From positions 1,323 through 65,322 of the forward strand of contig CAYNHM010000023.1 of assembly GCA_964397135.1 (NCBI GenBank): a DNA stretch of 64,000 nt, written 5' to 3'. Below the pieces are notes generated by a model. It ran no database searches. It was not told the origin of the DNA and saw only the letters and a list, made by a program, of their open reading frames with translations. How positions within the stretch are numbered: position 1 is the stretch's first letter; the number at the start of each line of letters is the position of its first letter. Origin of the DNA: an uncultured Rikenellaceae bacterium (lineage in GTDB: Bacteria; Bacteroidota; Bacteroidia; Bacteroidales; Tenuifilaceae). Shown in pieces: positions 39,011 to 48,477 of the stretch. Made by a program: the position numbers and the translations under genes.

Positions 39011-40061
39011 GCTAAAAAATATCTCGAAAAAATGGGAGTCGTTTTCCCTTAATAACATTACGCTAAACGTGAATAAGGGCGACTATTTCATTCTGCTGGG
39101 ACCATCAGGAGCAGGCAAATCACTGGTACTCGAAATTATTGCAGGATTAATAAAGCCTGATTCAGGAGAGATTACGCTTAATAACGCAAATATTACGGAA
39201 CTTAAAATTCAAGATCGAAACATTGGTCTGGTATTTCAGGATCTTGCGTTATTTCCACATCTTACAGTGCATCGCAATATTGGCTTTCCATTGTTTAGAA
39301 AAGGAATTCGAAAAAGAGAAGTAAACCGTAAAGTTATTGAGTTAGCCAGTAGTCTTTCCATTGGTCATCTGCTAAGGCGATTCACCCCAACCCTATCGGG
39401 TGGGGAACAGCAACGAGTTGCCCTTGCTCGCACCCTTGCTCTCGATCCTGCAATACTTCTACTGGATGAGCCACTATCATCGCTTGACGTTGAACGAAAA
39501 GTCGAAATCCGCAAAGTACTTCGAGATCTAAATCGAAAAGGGCAAACCATAGTTCATGTAACCCACGACTACGAAGAGGCAATTGCCCTTGGTAGTAGAA
39601 TAGCGGTTATGAATAATGGATCCATTGAACAATATGGAACTCCTCAAGAGGTTTTTAGCAAACCAACATCAACCTTCGTGGCAGGTTTTGGAGGTATTCG
39701 CAATTTTTTTCTAGCACATCTATCCTATTCAAAGGATTGCGAGCTGATGAAAGCTAAATTAAACGACAACCTATCAATTTATTTGTACTCAGAAGAAGAA
39801 GGGCATGGCTATATCACCTTTCCTGAGAATGGTGTTATTGTTTCGAATTCACCATCCAATTCAAGTGCCTTAAACTCTTTCTGTGGCATAGTAGTAGACT
39901 TATATCCGCATCGATTTGGATTTGAGGCTGTTGTTGAAATCGGAGTTAAGATTTTTGCTCTTGTTACCGGTGAATCGGTACAAAAACTTGAAATTTCCAT
40001 TGGAAAAGAGGTGTGGGTATCATTTAAGGCTAATAGCGTCAAATTTATTAAAAAGGAGTAA
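39003..40061 (+). CDS. ABC transporter ATP-binding protein with a C-terminal TOBE/Mop-like domain (WtpC/ModC-like)
   Basis: Walker A GPSGAGKS, signature LSGGEQQRV, Walker B LLLDEPLS, H-loop. ATG at 39003 overlaps the permease stop. Confidence 0.8.
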   Translation: MLKLKNISKKWESFSLNNITLNVNKGDYFILLGPSGAGKSLVLEIIAGLIKPDSGEITLNNANITELKIQDRNIGLVFQDLALFPHLTVHRNIGFPLFRKGIRKREVNRKVIELASSLSIGHLLRRFTPTLSGGEQQRVALARTLALDPAILLLDEPLSSLDVERKVEIRKVLRDLNRKGQTIVHVTHDYEEAIALGSRIAVMNNGSIEQYGTPQEVFSKPTSTFVAGFGGIRNFFLAHLSYSKDCELMKAKLNDNLSIYLYSEEEGHGYITFPENGVIVSNSPSNSSALNSFCGIVVDLYPHRFGFEAVVEIGVKIFALVTGESVQKLEISIGKEVWVSFKANSVKFIKKE

Positions 40062-40203
40062 ATTCAAGATATCACTAATAATGATATTTATTGAACTCTA
40101 TTAATTTTCAGAGAAAAAAGAAAATTATTCAGCAAAAAAAATTGTCCATAGTTTGTAACGCCCTATTGTTTTCGTATTTTAGTGGCAACCTTATCTCTCT
40201 GAA

Positions 40204-40743
40204 ATGAAGATCAGAAAAAAACCGAAGATAAACGCCTCTGTATTTATTGTCGATCACGACCCAATTTATTCTGCTTCGTTAAAAGAATCCATTGAAAAGC
40301 CAGAAAAATATGGTATTCAAACTTACCTATCGGGCGAACGATTCATTGCACACCTTACATCCCAAAAATTCCGAAAGAATGAAGTTTACATTGTTTTTTT
40401 AGGCTATAATTTTAAGGGTGAGCCAAGGCAATGCTTAATGAATGGCATAGAAATATTAGATGCCATAAAACTTATTAACCCTAACATTGAAGTTGTAATG
40501 ATTTCAGAGGATGCTGAGTCTAATCTGGGTTCGTATGCAAAAAAGAGTGGCGCATTCGCAATTGTACCAAAAACTGATACAATTTTTTTGAGGATCAACA
40601 ACATTATAATGAGAATTATTAGCCAAAAGAAGCTTGAACAGAAACGTAGGTTCTTTCTTTTTGCTGTAAAGATTTTTGTTATATACCTTATTCTGTCCAC
40701 ATTAATCATATTGATTCACCACTTCTTCTTCATTTCACGGTAA
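40204..40743 (+). CDS. Degenerate receiver-like domain with a C-terminal transmembrane anchor
   Basis: Receiver-like beta-alpha pattern (VFIVDHDP...). Gly/Tyr (IVFLGYNF) occupies the expected phosphoacceptor position. C-terminal hydrophobic helix FFLFAVKIFVIYLILSTLIILI. Confidence 0.45.
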   Translation: MKIRKKPKINASVFIVDHDPIYSASLKESIEKPEKYGIQTYLSGERFIAHLTSQKFRKNEVYIVFLGYNFKGEPRQCLMNGIEILDAIKLINPNIEVVMISEDAESNLGSYAKKSGAFAIVPKTDTIFLRINNIIMRIISQKKLEQKRRFFLFAVKIFVIYLILSTLIILIHHFFFISR

Positions 40744-40861
40744 CTTTGCCACTCCATAATTAATATTTCTGACTATTTGGCAGCAAATCATTACATGGCA
40801 TTGCGTTTGAAAGGTTCAAATCGCGAGATAAAATATGTTTAACCTTAAAAATTAAATAGCC

Positions 40862-42928
40862 ATGCATAAGGGCAAAATTGACGTAACATCAGAAAACATT
40901 TTTCCCATAATCAAAAAATTTCTCTATTCGGATCATGAAATATTTCTTCGCGAAATTATCTCAAACGCCGTTGATGCCACACAAAAACTCAAAACACTCG
41001 CCTCTGTAGGCGATTTTAAGGGTGAAATGGGTGACTTGACAATCCGGGTGAAACTCGATAAAAAAACTAAAACCATTACCGTTAGCGATAGCGGAGTGGG
41101 TATGACTTCCGAAGAGATTGAAAAGTACATTAACCAGATAGCATTTTCGGGTGCCGAAGAATTTCTGGAAAAGTATAAGGATAAAACCGATGCCATCATC
41201 GGACATTTTGGACTCGGATTCTATTCGTCGTTCATGGTAAGCGATAAGGTTGAGATTATAACCCGCTCGTATCAAGAGGACGCAAAGCCAGTTCAGTGGT
41301 CTTGTGAGGGTAATCCAGAATTCTCAATAGAAGAGGCAAAACGCGAGGGGCGCGGAACAGACATAGTCTTGCACATCAACAAGGATAGTGAGGAATTCCT
41401 TGACGAAAGCCGTATTAACGAAATGCTCAAAAAATACTGCCGTTTCCTTCCTATTCCCATTGCTTTCGGCACTGAGAAAGAGTGGAAAGATGGCAAGGAG
41501 GTAGATACAGGTAAGGATAAGATTGTGAACGAAACCAATCCTCTATGGACCAGAAAACCCGCGGATCTGAAGGACGAGGATTACGAAAAATTTTACCGCG
41601 ATCTATACCCTGCAGCGCAAGATCCACTATTCAACATTCACCTTAATGTTGATTACCCATTCAATCTGACAGGTATTCTATACTTCCCCCGAATTAAATC
41701 GAACTTCGAAATACAGAAGAATAAAATACAGCTCTTCTGCAATCAAGTGTATGTAACCGATTCTGTTGAAGGAATTGTACCCGAGTTTTTAACACTTCTT
41801 CATGGAGTTATCGATTCGCCCGACATTCCTCTAAACGTATCGCGCAGTTACCTGCAAAGCGATTCAAACGTCAAGAAGATTTCATCGCACATCACAAAAA
41901 AAGTAGCCGACCGGTTAAACGAGATTTTCAAGAGTGACCGTGAGCAGTTTGAGAATAAGTGGGACGACCTTAAGCTGTTCATCAATTTTGGAATGGTTAC
42001 CGATGAAAAATTCTATGAGCGGGCCGAAAAATTTGCCATGTTCAAGAATACCCAAGGTAAGTACTTCACCTACGAAGAGTACGAAAAAATCATCAAGGAG
42101 AATCAAACTGATAAGAACAAAACCCTTATCTATTTGTATACCAACGATAAGGAAGAGCAATTCTCCTATATCGATCAGGCTAAGAATCGAGGATACGATG
42201 TTTTGCTAATGGATGGACAACTTGATCCTCACTTGATCAATCATCTCGAATCGAAGTTTAAAGATTCGCGCTTTGTAAGAGTTGATAGCGATGTTATTGA
42301 TAAGCTGATCATGAAGGAAGAAAAGAAAGAGTTAGCCCTATCGTACGAGGAGCAAGGTGAACTTCGCAACTTATTCGAAGGAGCCTGTGCAGATAATGGA
42401 AAATATTGGGTACAGTTCGAAGACATGGGCGAAGAAGCGGCACCAGTGGTGATAACCCGAAGCGAGTTTATTCGTCGTATGAAGGATATGTCGGCAATGA
42501 GTGGTATGTCAGGCTACTATGGCAGCATGCCCGACACCGTGAACCTTGTGGTAAACGTATCACATCCATTGGTTAAATCGGTTATCGATCAAAAGGATAA
42601 ATCGCTTGGCGAAAAACTAGCTGATTTCAAAAACCAAATCGACCCTCTTCAGAAACAACTCGATTTGCTGAAAAAATCCAACGAGAAGAAAAAGGATGAG
42701 GATATTCCTCAGGCTGAAAAGGATCAAATAGAAGAAATTGAAAAGAGTATCAGTGACATAAAATCTTCAAAGGATGAAGTATTAAAGGGATTTGGAAAAG
42801 ATCATGCGCTAGTGAAGCAGCTGATTGACCTTGCCTTGCTGGCAAACAATATGCTAAAAGGCGAAGATTTAAGCAAATTTGTTAAACGTAGCGTGGAGCT
42901 GATAAAGCCCAATCAAAAAAAGAAATAA
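40862..42928 (+). CDS. htpG: Molecular chaperone HtpG (Hsp90)
   Basis: IFLRELISNAVDA, GHFGLGFYS and IDSPDIPLNVSR blocks. Confidence 0.95.
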   Translation: MHKGKIDVTSENIFPIIKKFLYSDHEIFLREIISNAVDATQKLKTLASVGDFKGEMGDLTIRVKLDKKTKTITVSDSGVGMTSEEIEKYINQIAFSGAEEFLEKYKDKTDAIIGHFGLGFYSSFMVSDKVEIITRSYQEDAKPVQWSCEGNPEFSIEEAKREGRGTDIVLHINKDSEEFLDESRINEMLKKYCRFLPIPIAFGTEKEWKDGKEVDTGKDKIVNETNPLWTRKPADLKDEDYEKFYRDLYPAAQDPLFNIHLNVDYPFNLTGILYFPRIKSNFEIQKNKIQLFCNQVYVTDSVEGIVPEFLTLLHGVIDSPDIPLNVSRSYLQSDSNVKKISSHITKKVADRLNEIFKSDREQFENKWDDLKLFINFGMVTDEKFYERAEKFAMFKNTQGKYFTYEEYEKIIKENQTDKNKTLIYLYTNDKEEQFSYIDQAKNRGYDVLLMDGQLDPHLINHLESKFKDSRFVRVDSDVIDKLIMKEEKKELALSYEEQGELRNLFEGACADNGKYWVQFEDMGEEAAPVVITRSEFIRRMKDMSAMSGMSGYYGSMPDTVNLVVNVSHPLVKSVIDQKDKSLGEKLADFKNQIDPLQKQLDLLKKSNEKKKDEDIPQAEKDQIEEIEKSISDIKSSKDEVLKGFGKDHALVKQLIDLALLANNMLKGEDLSKFVKRSVELIKPNQKKK

Positions 42929-42974
42929 CGACATAAATAATTCTTAAAACATTATTTCAAAACAAAGGATGATA

Positions 42975-43009
42975 AATAATAAAGCCCTCTTTTGAAGGGC
43001 TTTATTATT
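42975..43009. terminator. Bidirectional intrinsic terminator
   Basis: 14-bp stem AATAATAAAGCCCT/AGGGCTTTATTATT with a 7-nt loop, between convergent genes. Confidence 0.65.
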
Positions 43010-43040
43010 TATTGCAAATCAGCAAACAGCATCAATACCA

Positions 43041-43556
43041 TTAAAAAAGATCATTCACCTCCTTCTTCAAAAACTCAATGGCCTTGTTTGTAGGGTGCTC
43101 ATCCAGCTCAACAAGCCTTTCAAGTATAATTTTGCTCAGCAAAATCGACGGTTTATCACCTTCAATTTTATCGGAACATGTATTGATCAACTTGATTACA
43201 TTTTCCTTAGCATTCTTGACAATGCTCCATGCTTTATTGCTGATGTATAGCTGCTGCGAAAGGTTATGTTCCCACTCGGTTCGGATATTTGTAAGCAAAT
43301 TTGACTGTAATTTTTTAGCCGTTAGGTTTGGTTGATTTACCCTGATTAACAACGATTCGGGTGAAATACGTTCCAAATACAGAACCAATCGCTCGTATGC
43401 CTGAAGCCTAACAGGTGTGGATATTTTCTGTCTATCGACAACTATTTCTGCTTTCCTTCGATTGGATTCAGCTCGTAAAAGACGTTCTATTGCAAGGTAA
43501 CCAGCAAGGAATACCAGTAGCGAGGGAAGAAGTAATTTTAGTAGTTCTATAACCAT
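43041..43556 (-). CDS. Hypothetical N-terminally membrane-anchored helical protein
   Basis: One N-terminal TM helix and a helical soluble part. No family recognised. Confidence 0.45.
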   Translation of the reverse strand: MVIELLKLLLPSLLVFLAGYLAIERLLRAESNRRKAEIVVDRQKISTPVRLQAYERLVLYLERISPESLLIRVNQPNLTAKKLQSNLLTNIRTEWEHNLSQQLYISNKAWSIVKNAKENVIKLINTCSDKIEGDKPSILLSKIILERLVELDEHPTNKAIEFLKKEVNDLF

Positions 43557-43665
43557 AGCTTGCTATTTAACATTACACAATTAGTTTGTGTTCGCTTAAA
43601 TAAGTATAACTTTATCGCTTCAAAAATATAAAGGTATTGATTATTTTGAAACTAATTTACTTGTC

Positions 43666-44859
43666 ATGGAGAAAGTATCTGATAGAATAAATAAACTTGC
43701 TGTTTCTGAAACCCTTGCCATGTCGCAGAAGAGCAAGGATTTGAAAAGCAAAGGGATAAATGTGATTAATCTCAGCGTTGGAGAACCCGATTTCCATACC
43801 CCCGATTTTGTGAAAGATGCAGCAAAAAAAGCCATCGATGACAATATCAGCTTTTACTCACCAGTTCCAGGTTTTCCTGACCTTCTGGAAGCCATTTCAA
43901 AGAAACTATTAAGGGAGAATGGTTTAAACTATGCTCCCGATCAGATTGTGGTTTCGAATGGTGCGAAGCATGCCTTAGCCAATGTACTACTAGCCCTTAT
44001 CGATAAGGATGACGAAGTGATTGTGCCAGCCCCATACTGGGTAAGCTACGTTGAGCTGGTTAAGCTGGCTGAAGGGAAAAATGTTGTTATTGAAACAACC
44101 ATTGAAAGCGATTTTAAAGTAACCCCAAAGCAGCTTTCCGAGGCTATCACACCACGTACAAGAGCTCTGCTTCTGTGCTCACCTTCAAATCCCACTGGCA
44201 GCGTTTATACTCACGATGAGCTGGGTGCCATCGCAGAGGTGGTTGCCAAACACCCCAACCTGTTCATAATCTCCGATGAGATATACGAGCATATTAACTT
44301 TGTGGGAAAGCACGAAAGCATTGCTCAGTTCGAAAGCATTCAAGACAGGGTTATCATTATCAATGGGGTTTCGAAAGGTTACGCAATGACTGGTTGGCGT
44401 ATTGGCTTCTGCGCTGCTCCAAAGTGGTTGGCAAAAGCATGCAGCAAACTGCAAGGACAAATGACTTCCGGAGCCAGCTCCATAGCCCAAAAGGCATCAG
44501 CAGCAGCCATAAACTCCGACTCCTCATACTCAAAAATGATGTGCAAAGCCTTCGCTAAAAGGCGCGATTTGGTTCTGGAGAAGCTAAGTAAAATACCTGG
44601 GTTTAAAACCAACGTACCGCAGGGTGCCTTTTATATCTTTCCTGAAGTTTCGGAACTTTTTGGCAAGAAGCATAGTGAAGGTGAGATTAACAACGCATCC
44701 GATTTGGCCATGTATCTATTGAACACGGCACATGTTGCCTTGGTTCCAGGAGGGGCATTTGGAGCACCTAATTTTATTCGTCTATCCTACGCTGCATCAG
44801 AAAATGAACTAACTGAAGCAATTGACAGAATTGAAAAAGCTATCGTTGCATTAAAATAA
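43666..44859 (+). CDS. Class I PLP-dependent aminotransferase (aspartate aminotransferase-like)
   Basis: GEPDF, NPTG and the SKGYAMTGWRIG PLP-lysine block. Confidence 0.85.
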   Translation: MEKVSDRINKLAVSETLAMSQKSKDLKSKGINVINLSVGEPDFHTPDFVKDAAKKAIDDNISFYSPVPGFPDLLEAISKKLLRENGLNYAPDQIVVSNGAKHALANVLLALIDKDDEVIVPAPYWVSYVELVKLAEGKNVVIETTIESDFKVTPKQLSEAITPRTRALLLCSPSNPTGSVYTHDELGAIAEVVAKHPNLFIISDEIYEHINFVGKHESIAQFESIQDRVIIINGVSKGYAMTGWRIGFCAAPKWLAKACSKLQGQMTSGASSIAQKASAAAINSDSSYSKMMCKAFAKRRDLVLEKLSKIPGFKTNVPQGAFYIFPEVSELFGKKHSEGEINNASDLAMYLLNTAHVALVPGGAFGAPNFIRLSYAASENELTEAIDRIEKAIVALK

Positions 44860-44877
44860 AAATCTTTCAATACACAT

Positions 44878-44907
44878 AAACCCGTAAATTTTCATTTACG
44901 GGTTTTT
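44878..44907 (+). terminator. Intrinsic terminator
   Basis: Stem AAACCCGTAAA/TTTACGGGTTT with a 6-nt loop, then a T-run. Confidence 0.7.
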
Positions 44908-44908
44908 C

Positions 44909-44916
44909 TATCTTTG
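44909..44916 (+). promoter_or_regulatory. Candidate -7 promoter box (TATCTTTG) for mltG
   Basis: Exact TAnnTTTG match 20 nt upstream of the ATG at 44936, directly after the terminator. Confidence 0.35.
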
Positions 44917-44935
44917 CAAACCAAAGCATTTTAAT

Positions 44936-45991
44936 ATGAATAAGAAATATTTCAAACGATCCATCTTATATATTGCAATTCTGTTATTTTTTGTAATCAT
45001 TTCAGGTTTTGTTTTTGGTTATAAAATCTACTCCCGTATGTATTCATCCAATATTAATCTAACCGAAAAAAAACAAACATATATCTATATACCTACCAAT
45101 TCTTCATACTCAGATGTTTTGACAATTATCGATAGCGCAAAAATATTGGTTGATATGGATGCATTCAAATGGGTTAGCTCACGCATGGGATATCCCCATA
45201 GCGTAAAACCTGGTAGGTATAAGGTAAGTGATGGAATGAATAACAAAGAGCTAGTTACCAAATTGAGAGCAGGCATTCAGACACCCACAAGAGTAACATT
45301 CACAGGATTTAGAACACCCCAGCAGCTAGCTCAACGCATATCAGAACAACTAGAAGTTGACTCAGCCATAATCGTTCAGAGCTTTTACAATGTTGAACTT
45401 GTTGATGGTTATGGCTTTACGCCCGAAACTTTTATTGCCATGTTTATACCCAACACCTACGAGTTTTTTTGGAATACCGATGCCAAGGGTTTTTTCGATC
45501 GAATGAAAAGGGAATACGAAGCTTTCTGGAACGAAGCAAGAGATAAAAAAGCTTCTGAAATAGGCCTAGATAGAGTTAGGGTATCCACTTTAGCCTCAAT
45601 TGTGGAGGAGGAAACTGTTAAGGTTGATGAGCGTCCAAGGGTAGCAGGTGTATTTATGAACAGGCTCAATAAGGGAATACCTCTTCAAGCAGACCCGACC
45701 ATTAAATATGCTGTTGGTGATTTTTCCATCCGTAGGATACTAACCCGTCATCTACAAATCGATTCACCCTATAACACATATAAGCATCGTGGTCTTCCAC
45801 CCGGACCAATAAATGCTCCCAATATTTCATCCATAAATGCAGTGCTCAACTACGAAAAGCACCAATACCTTTACTTCTGCGCGAAAGCCGACTTCTCTGG
45901 ATATCATGCATTTGCCCGAACCCTTTCAGAGCATAATCGTAACGCAAGAGAATACCAGCAAGCTCTTAACAAGGAAAGAATTTACAGGTAA
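44936..45991 (+). CDS. mltG: Endolytic murein transglycosylase MltG (YceG family)
   Basis: N-terminal TM helix, LASIVEEET catalytic block, LQADPT and GLPPGPI motifs. Confidence 0.85.
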   Translation: MNKKYFKRSILYIAILLFFVIISGFVFGYKIYSRMYSSNINLTEKKQTYIYIPTNSSYSDVLTIIDSAKILVDMDAFKWVSSRMGYPHSVKPGRYKVSDGMNNKELVTKLRAGIQTPTRVTFTGFRTPQQLAQRISEQLEVDSAIIVQSFYNVELVDGYGFTPETFIAMFIPNTYEFFWNTDAKGFFDRMKREYEAFWNEARDKKASEIGLDRVRVSTLASIVEEETVKVDERPRVAGVFMNRLNKGIPLQADPTIKYAVGDFSIRRILTRHLQIDSPYNTYKHRGLPPGPINAPNISSINAVLNYEKHQYLYFCAKADFSGYHAFARTLSEHNRNAREYQQALNKERIYR

Positions 45992-46069
45992 TTTTTTAGC
46001 TGTTTTTCTTAGGATTACAATAATTCATTGTAAAATAACATAACTTTAACCCTAATTAAAAATAAAATC

Positions 46070-47257
46070 ATGAATAGCATTTATTCTCAAATCAACAATC
46101 TGGCAGAAAAATACCGCGATTACACTGCAAAAAACCTATCGAAGCTGGTGCAAATCAAATCCCTTAGCTTGGGCGAAAAAGATGTTCAGCTCGAGCTGAA
46201 ACGTCAGATGGAAGAAGCAGGTTTTGATGAGGTTCGTATCGATGGTTTGGGCAACGTTATTGGAAGAATTGGTAATGGTAAAAAAATCCTTGCCATAGAT
46301 GGGCATATGGATACCGTCGATATAGGACTTCGAGAGAACTGGAGCTTTGACCCGCTTGGGGGTGAGATCAAGGATGGCTATGTTCATGGACGTGGCTCTG
46401 TCGATCAGAAAGGTGGTCCTGCTGCCTTTGTAACAGCTGGAAAAATACTAAAAGAGCTGAACTTTGAAAAGGACTTAACCATTTACTTCGTTGGTAGCGT
46501 TATAGAAGAGGACTGTGATGGGTTGTGCTGGAAGTACATCATTGAGGAAGAGGGTATTAGGCCCGATTTTGCCATTAGTACCGAGCCCACAAACCTTAAT
46601 ATTTACAGGGGACAACGTGGGCGAATGGAAATGCAAGTACACTTCTACGGGGTGTCTTCGCACGGATCAGCACCAGAGCGTGGGAAGAATGCCATTTATA
46701 TGGCATCGAAAGTTGCCTTGGAAATCGAAAAGCTGAACGAAAGGCTTAAATACGATGATTTTCTGGGTAAGGGAAGTATTACCATTTCGGAAATTATCTC
46801 GGGGAGTCCATCACTTTGCGCCGTGGCCGACTACGCTCGTATTCACCTCGACAGACGATTGACCTGGGGCGAAACCAAGGATTCGGCTGTAAAGGAGATT
46901 GAAGGAATAATCAAGGGAATGAACGCAAAGATTGAAGTTCTGGAGTACTCAGAAACATCCTATACCGGATTGAAGTATGGCATGGAAAAGTATTACCCAA
47001 CATGGAAAATCGAAGAAAAAGACTACATCGTTCAAACAGGGGTTAGAACATTCCAGAGTTTATTCAATAAACAACCAAAGGTTGATAAGTGGACCTTCTC
47101 CACTAATGGCGTAACAATTAATGGATACCATGGAGTACCGATAATTGGATTTGGTCCTGGTAATGAAGTTTTAGCCCATGCTCCCAACGAAAAAGTACCC
47201 ATTAGCGATTTAGTAGCTGCTTCAGCATTCTATGCTGCTTTTGCGTATGAAATATAG
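46070..47257 (+). CDS. ygeY: M20-family metallohydrolase, YgeY-like
   Basis: HMDTV, GRGSVDQKGG and the EED metal-binding block. Size and adjacency to ygeW fit. Confidence 0.7.
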   Translation: MNSIYSQINNLAEKYRDYTAKNLSKLVQIKSLSLGEKDVQLELKRQMEEAGFDEVRIDGLGNVIGRIGNGKKILAIDGHMDTVDIGLRENWSFDPLGGEIKDGYVHGRGSVDQKGGPAAFVTAGKILKELNFEKDLTIYFVGSVIEEDCDGLCWKYIIEEEGIRPDFAISTEPTNLNIYRGQRGRMEMQVHFYGVSSHGSAPERGKNAIYMASKVALEIEKLNERLKYDDFLGKGSITISEIISGSPSLCAVADYARIHLDRRLTWGETKDSAVKEIEGIIKGMNAKIEVLEYSETSYTGLKYGMEKYYPTWKIEEKDYIVQTGVRTFQSLFNKQPKVDKWTFSTNGVTINGYHGVPIIGFGPGNEVLAHAPNEKVPISDLVAASAFYAAFAYEI

Positions 47258-47280
47258 TTTAATGTCTTAATAGCTGTAAT

Positions 47281-48468
47281 ATGAAACTAAAAAAACGTAT
47301 CGACAAGCTTGGCGAACTAAAAACCTTGCTTTATCAGAAAGACTTCCTGCTAACATGGAAGAAGAAGGATAATGACCTAGTGGCAATCCTCGAGATTGCT
47401 GATATCTTAAAGGAAATGCGTAACGAAAACATTTCGCCTCGGGTTTTCGATTCTGGGCTGGCAGTATCCATTTTTCGTGATAAGTCAACAAGGACCCGAT
47501 TTTCATTCGCCTCGGCATGCAACCTGCTGGGATTGGCAGTTCAGGATATGGATGAAGAGAAATCGCAGATTGCTCACGGCGAAACCGTTAGGGAAACAGC
47601 ACAGATGATATCGTTCCTGTCAGATTTCATCGGTATCCGCGATGACATGTTTTTAGGTGAGGGTAACCGCTACATGCGTGAGGTTGCTACATCGCTAGAT
47701 GAAGGTTATGCCAAAGGCATTTTGCCTGTGCGTCCGGGTATCGTTAACCTACAATGCGATATGGATCATCCCACCCAATCGATGTGTGACCTTTTACATC
47801 TTCGCAATCATTTTGGATCGTTAGAAGCACTTAGGAACAAAAAGATTGTGATGAGCTGGGCCTATTCGCCAAGCTATGGTAAGCCCCTTTCTGTTCCGCA
47901 AGGAATTATTGCGCTAATGACCCGCTTTGGGATGAATGTTGAATTGGCATACCCTGAAGGATACGAGTTAATTCCTGAAATTGTTGACATCGCCCGAGAT
48001 AACGCTAAAAATAGTGGTGGCTCTTTCAATATTTCCAATTCTATGGATGAAGCTATGAAGAATGCAGATATTGTTTACCCAAAGAGCTGGGCTCCATTCA
48101 AGGTGATGGAGCAACGTACAGAATTGCTCAAAAAAAGCGATAAGCAAGGATTAGCTGAACTTGAAAAAACTTGCCTTGCCCATAACTCCAAACATATGGA
48201 CTGGGAATACAATGAGAGCAAAATGAAGCTAACCAAGAAAAAGGATGCTCTCTACATGCACTGCCTCCCAGCCGACATATCAAGTGTTTCGTGCAAGAAT
48301 GGGGAGGTTTCAGCTGATGTATTTGAGAAATACCGTCTTTTAACGTATGAGGAGGCTGGCTACAAACCCTACATCATTGCTGCAATGATGCTTTCCTTCA
48401 GGTTCGAAAAACCTGCGGAAGTGCTTAAAGCGATACTTAAGAAGGATAAAAAAAGGGTGGCATATTAG
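47281..48468 (+). CDS. ygeW: Knotted carbamoyltransferase YgeW
   Basis: Near-colinear match, from memory, to E. coli YgeW: KDFLLTW, FRDKSTRTRFSF, SQIAHGETVRETA, NLQCDMDHPTQSM, WAYSPSYGKPLSVPQGI, YPKSWAP, YMHCLPADIS. Confidence 0.9.
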   Translation: MKLKKRIDKLGELKTLLYQKDFLLTWKKKDNDLVAILEIADILKEMRNENISPRVFDSGLAVSIFRDKSTRTRFSFASACNLLGLAVQDMDEEKSQIAHGETVRETAQMISFLSDFIGIRDDMFLGEGNRYMREVATSLDEGYAKGILPVRPGIVNLQCDMDHPTQSMCDLLHLRNHFGSLEALRNKKIVMSWAYSPSYGKPLSVPQGIIALMTRFGMNVELAYPEGYELIPEIVDIARDNAKNSGGSFNISNSMDEAMKNADIVYPKSWAPFKVMEQRTELLKKSDKQGLAELEKTCLAHNSKHMDWEYNESKMKLTKKKDALYMHCLPADISSVSCKNGEVSADVFEKYRLLTYEEAGYKPYIIAAMMLSFRFEKPAEVLKAILKKDKKRVAY

Positions 48469-48477
48469 CCCCCTTTT

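Noticed and set aside
40778-40805. TGGCAG...TGGCATTGCG upstream of htpG as a sigma-54 (-24/-12) promoter
   Set aside because: The spacing between the GG and GC elements does not fit TGGCAC-N5-TTGCA in either reading.
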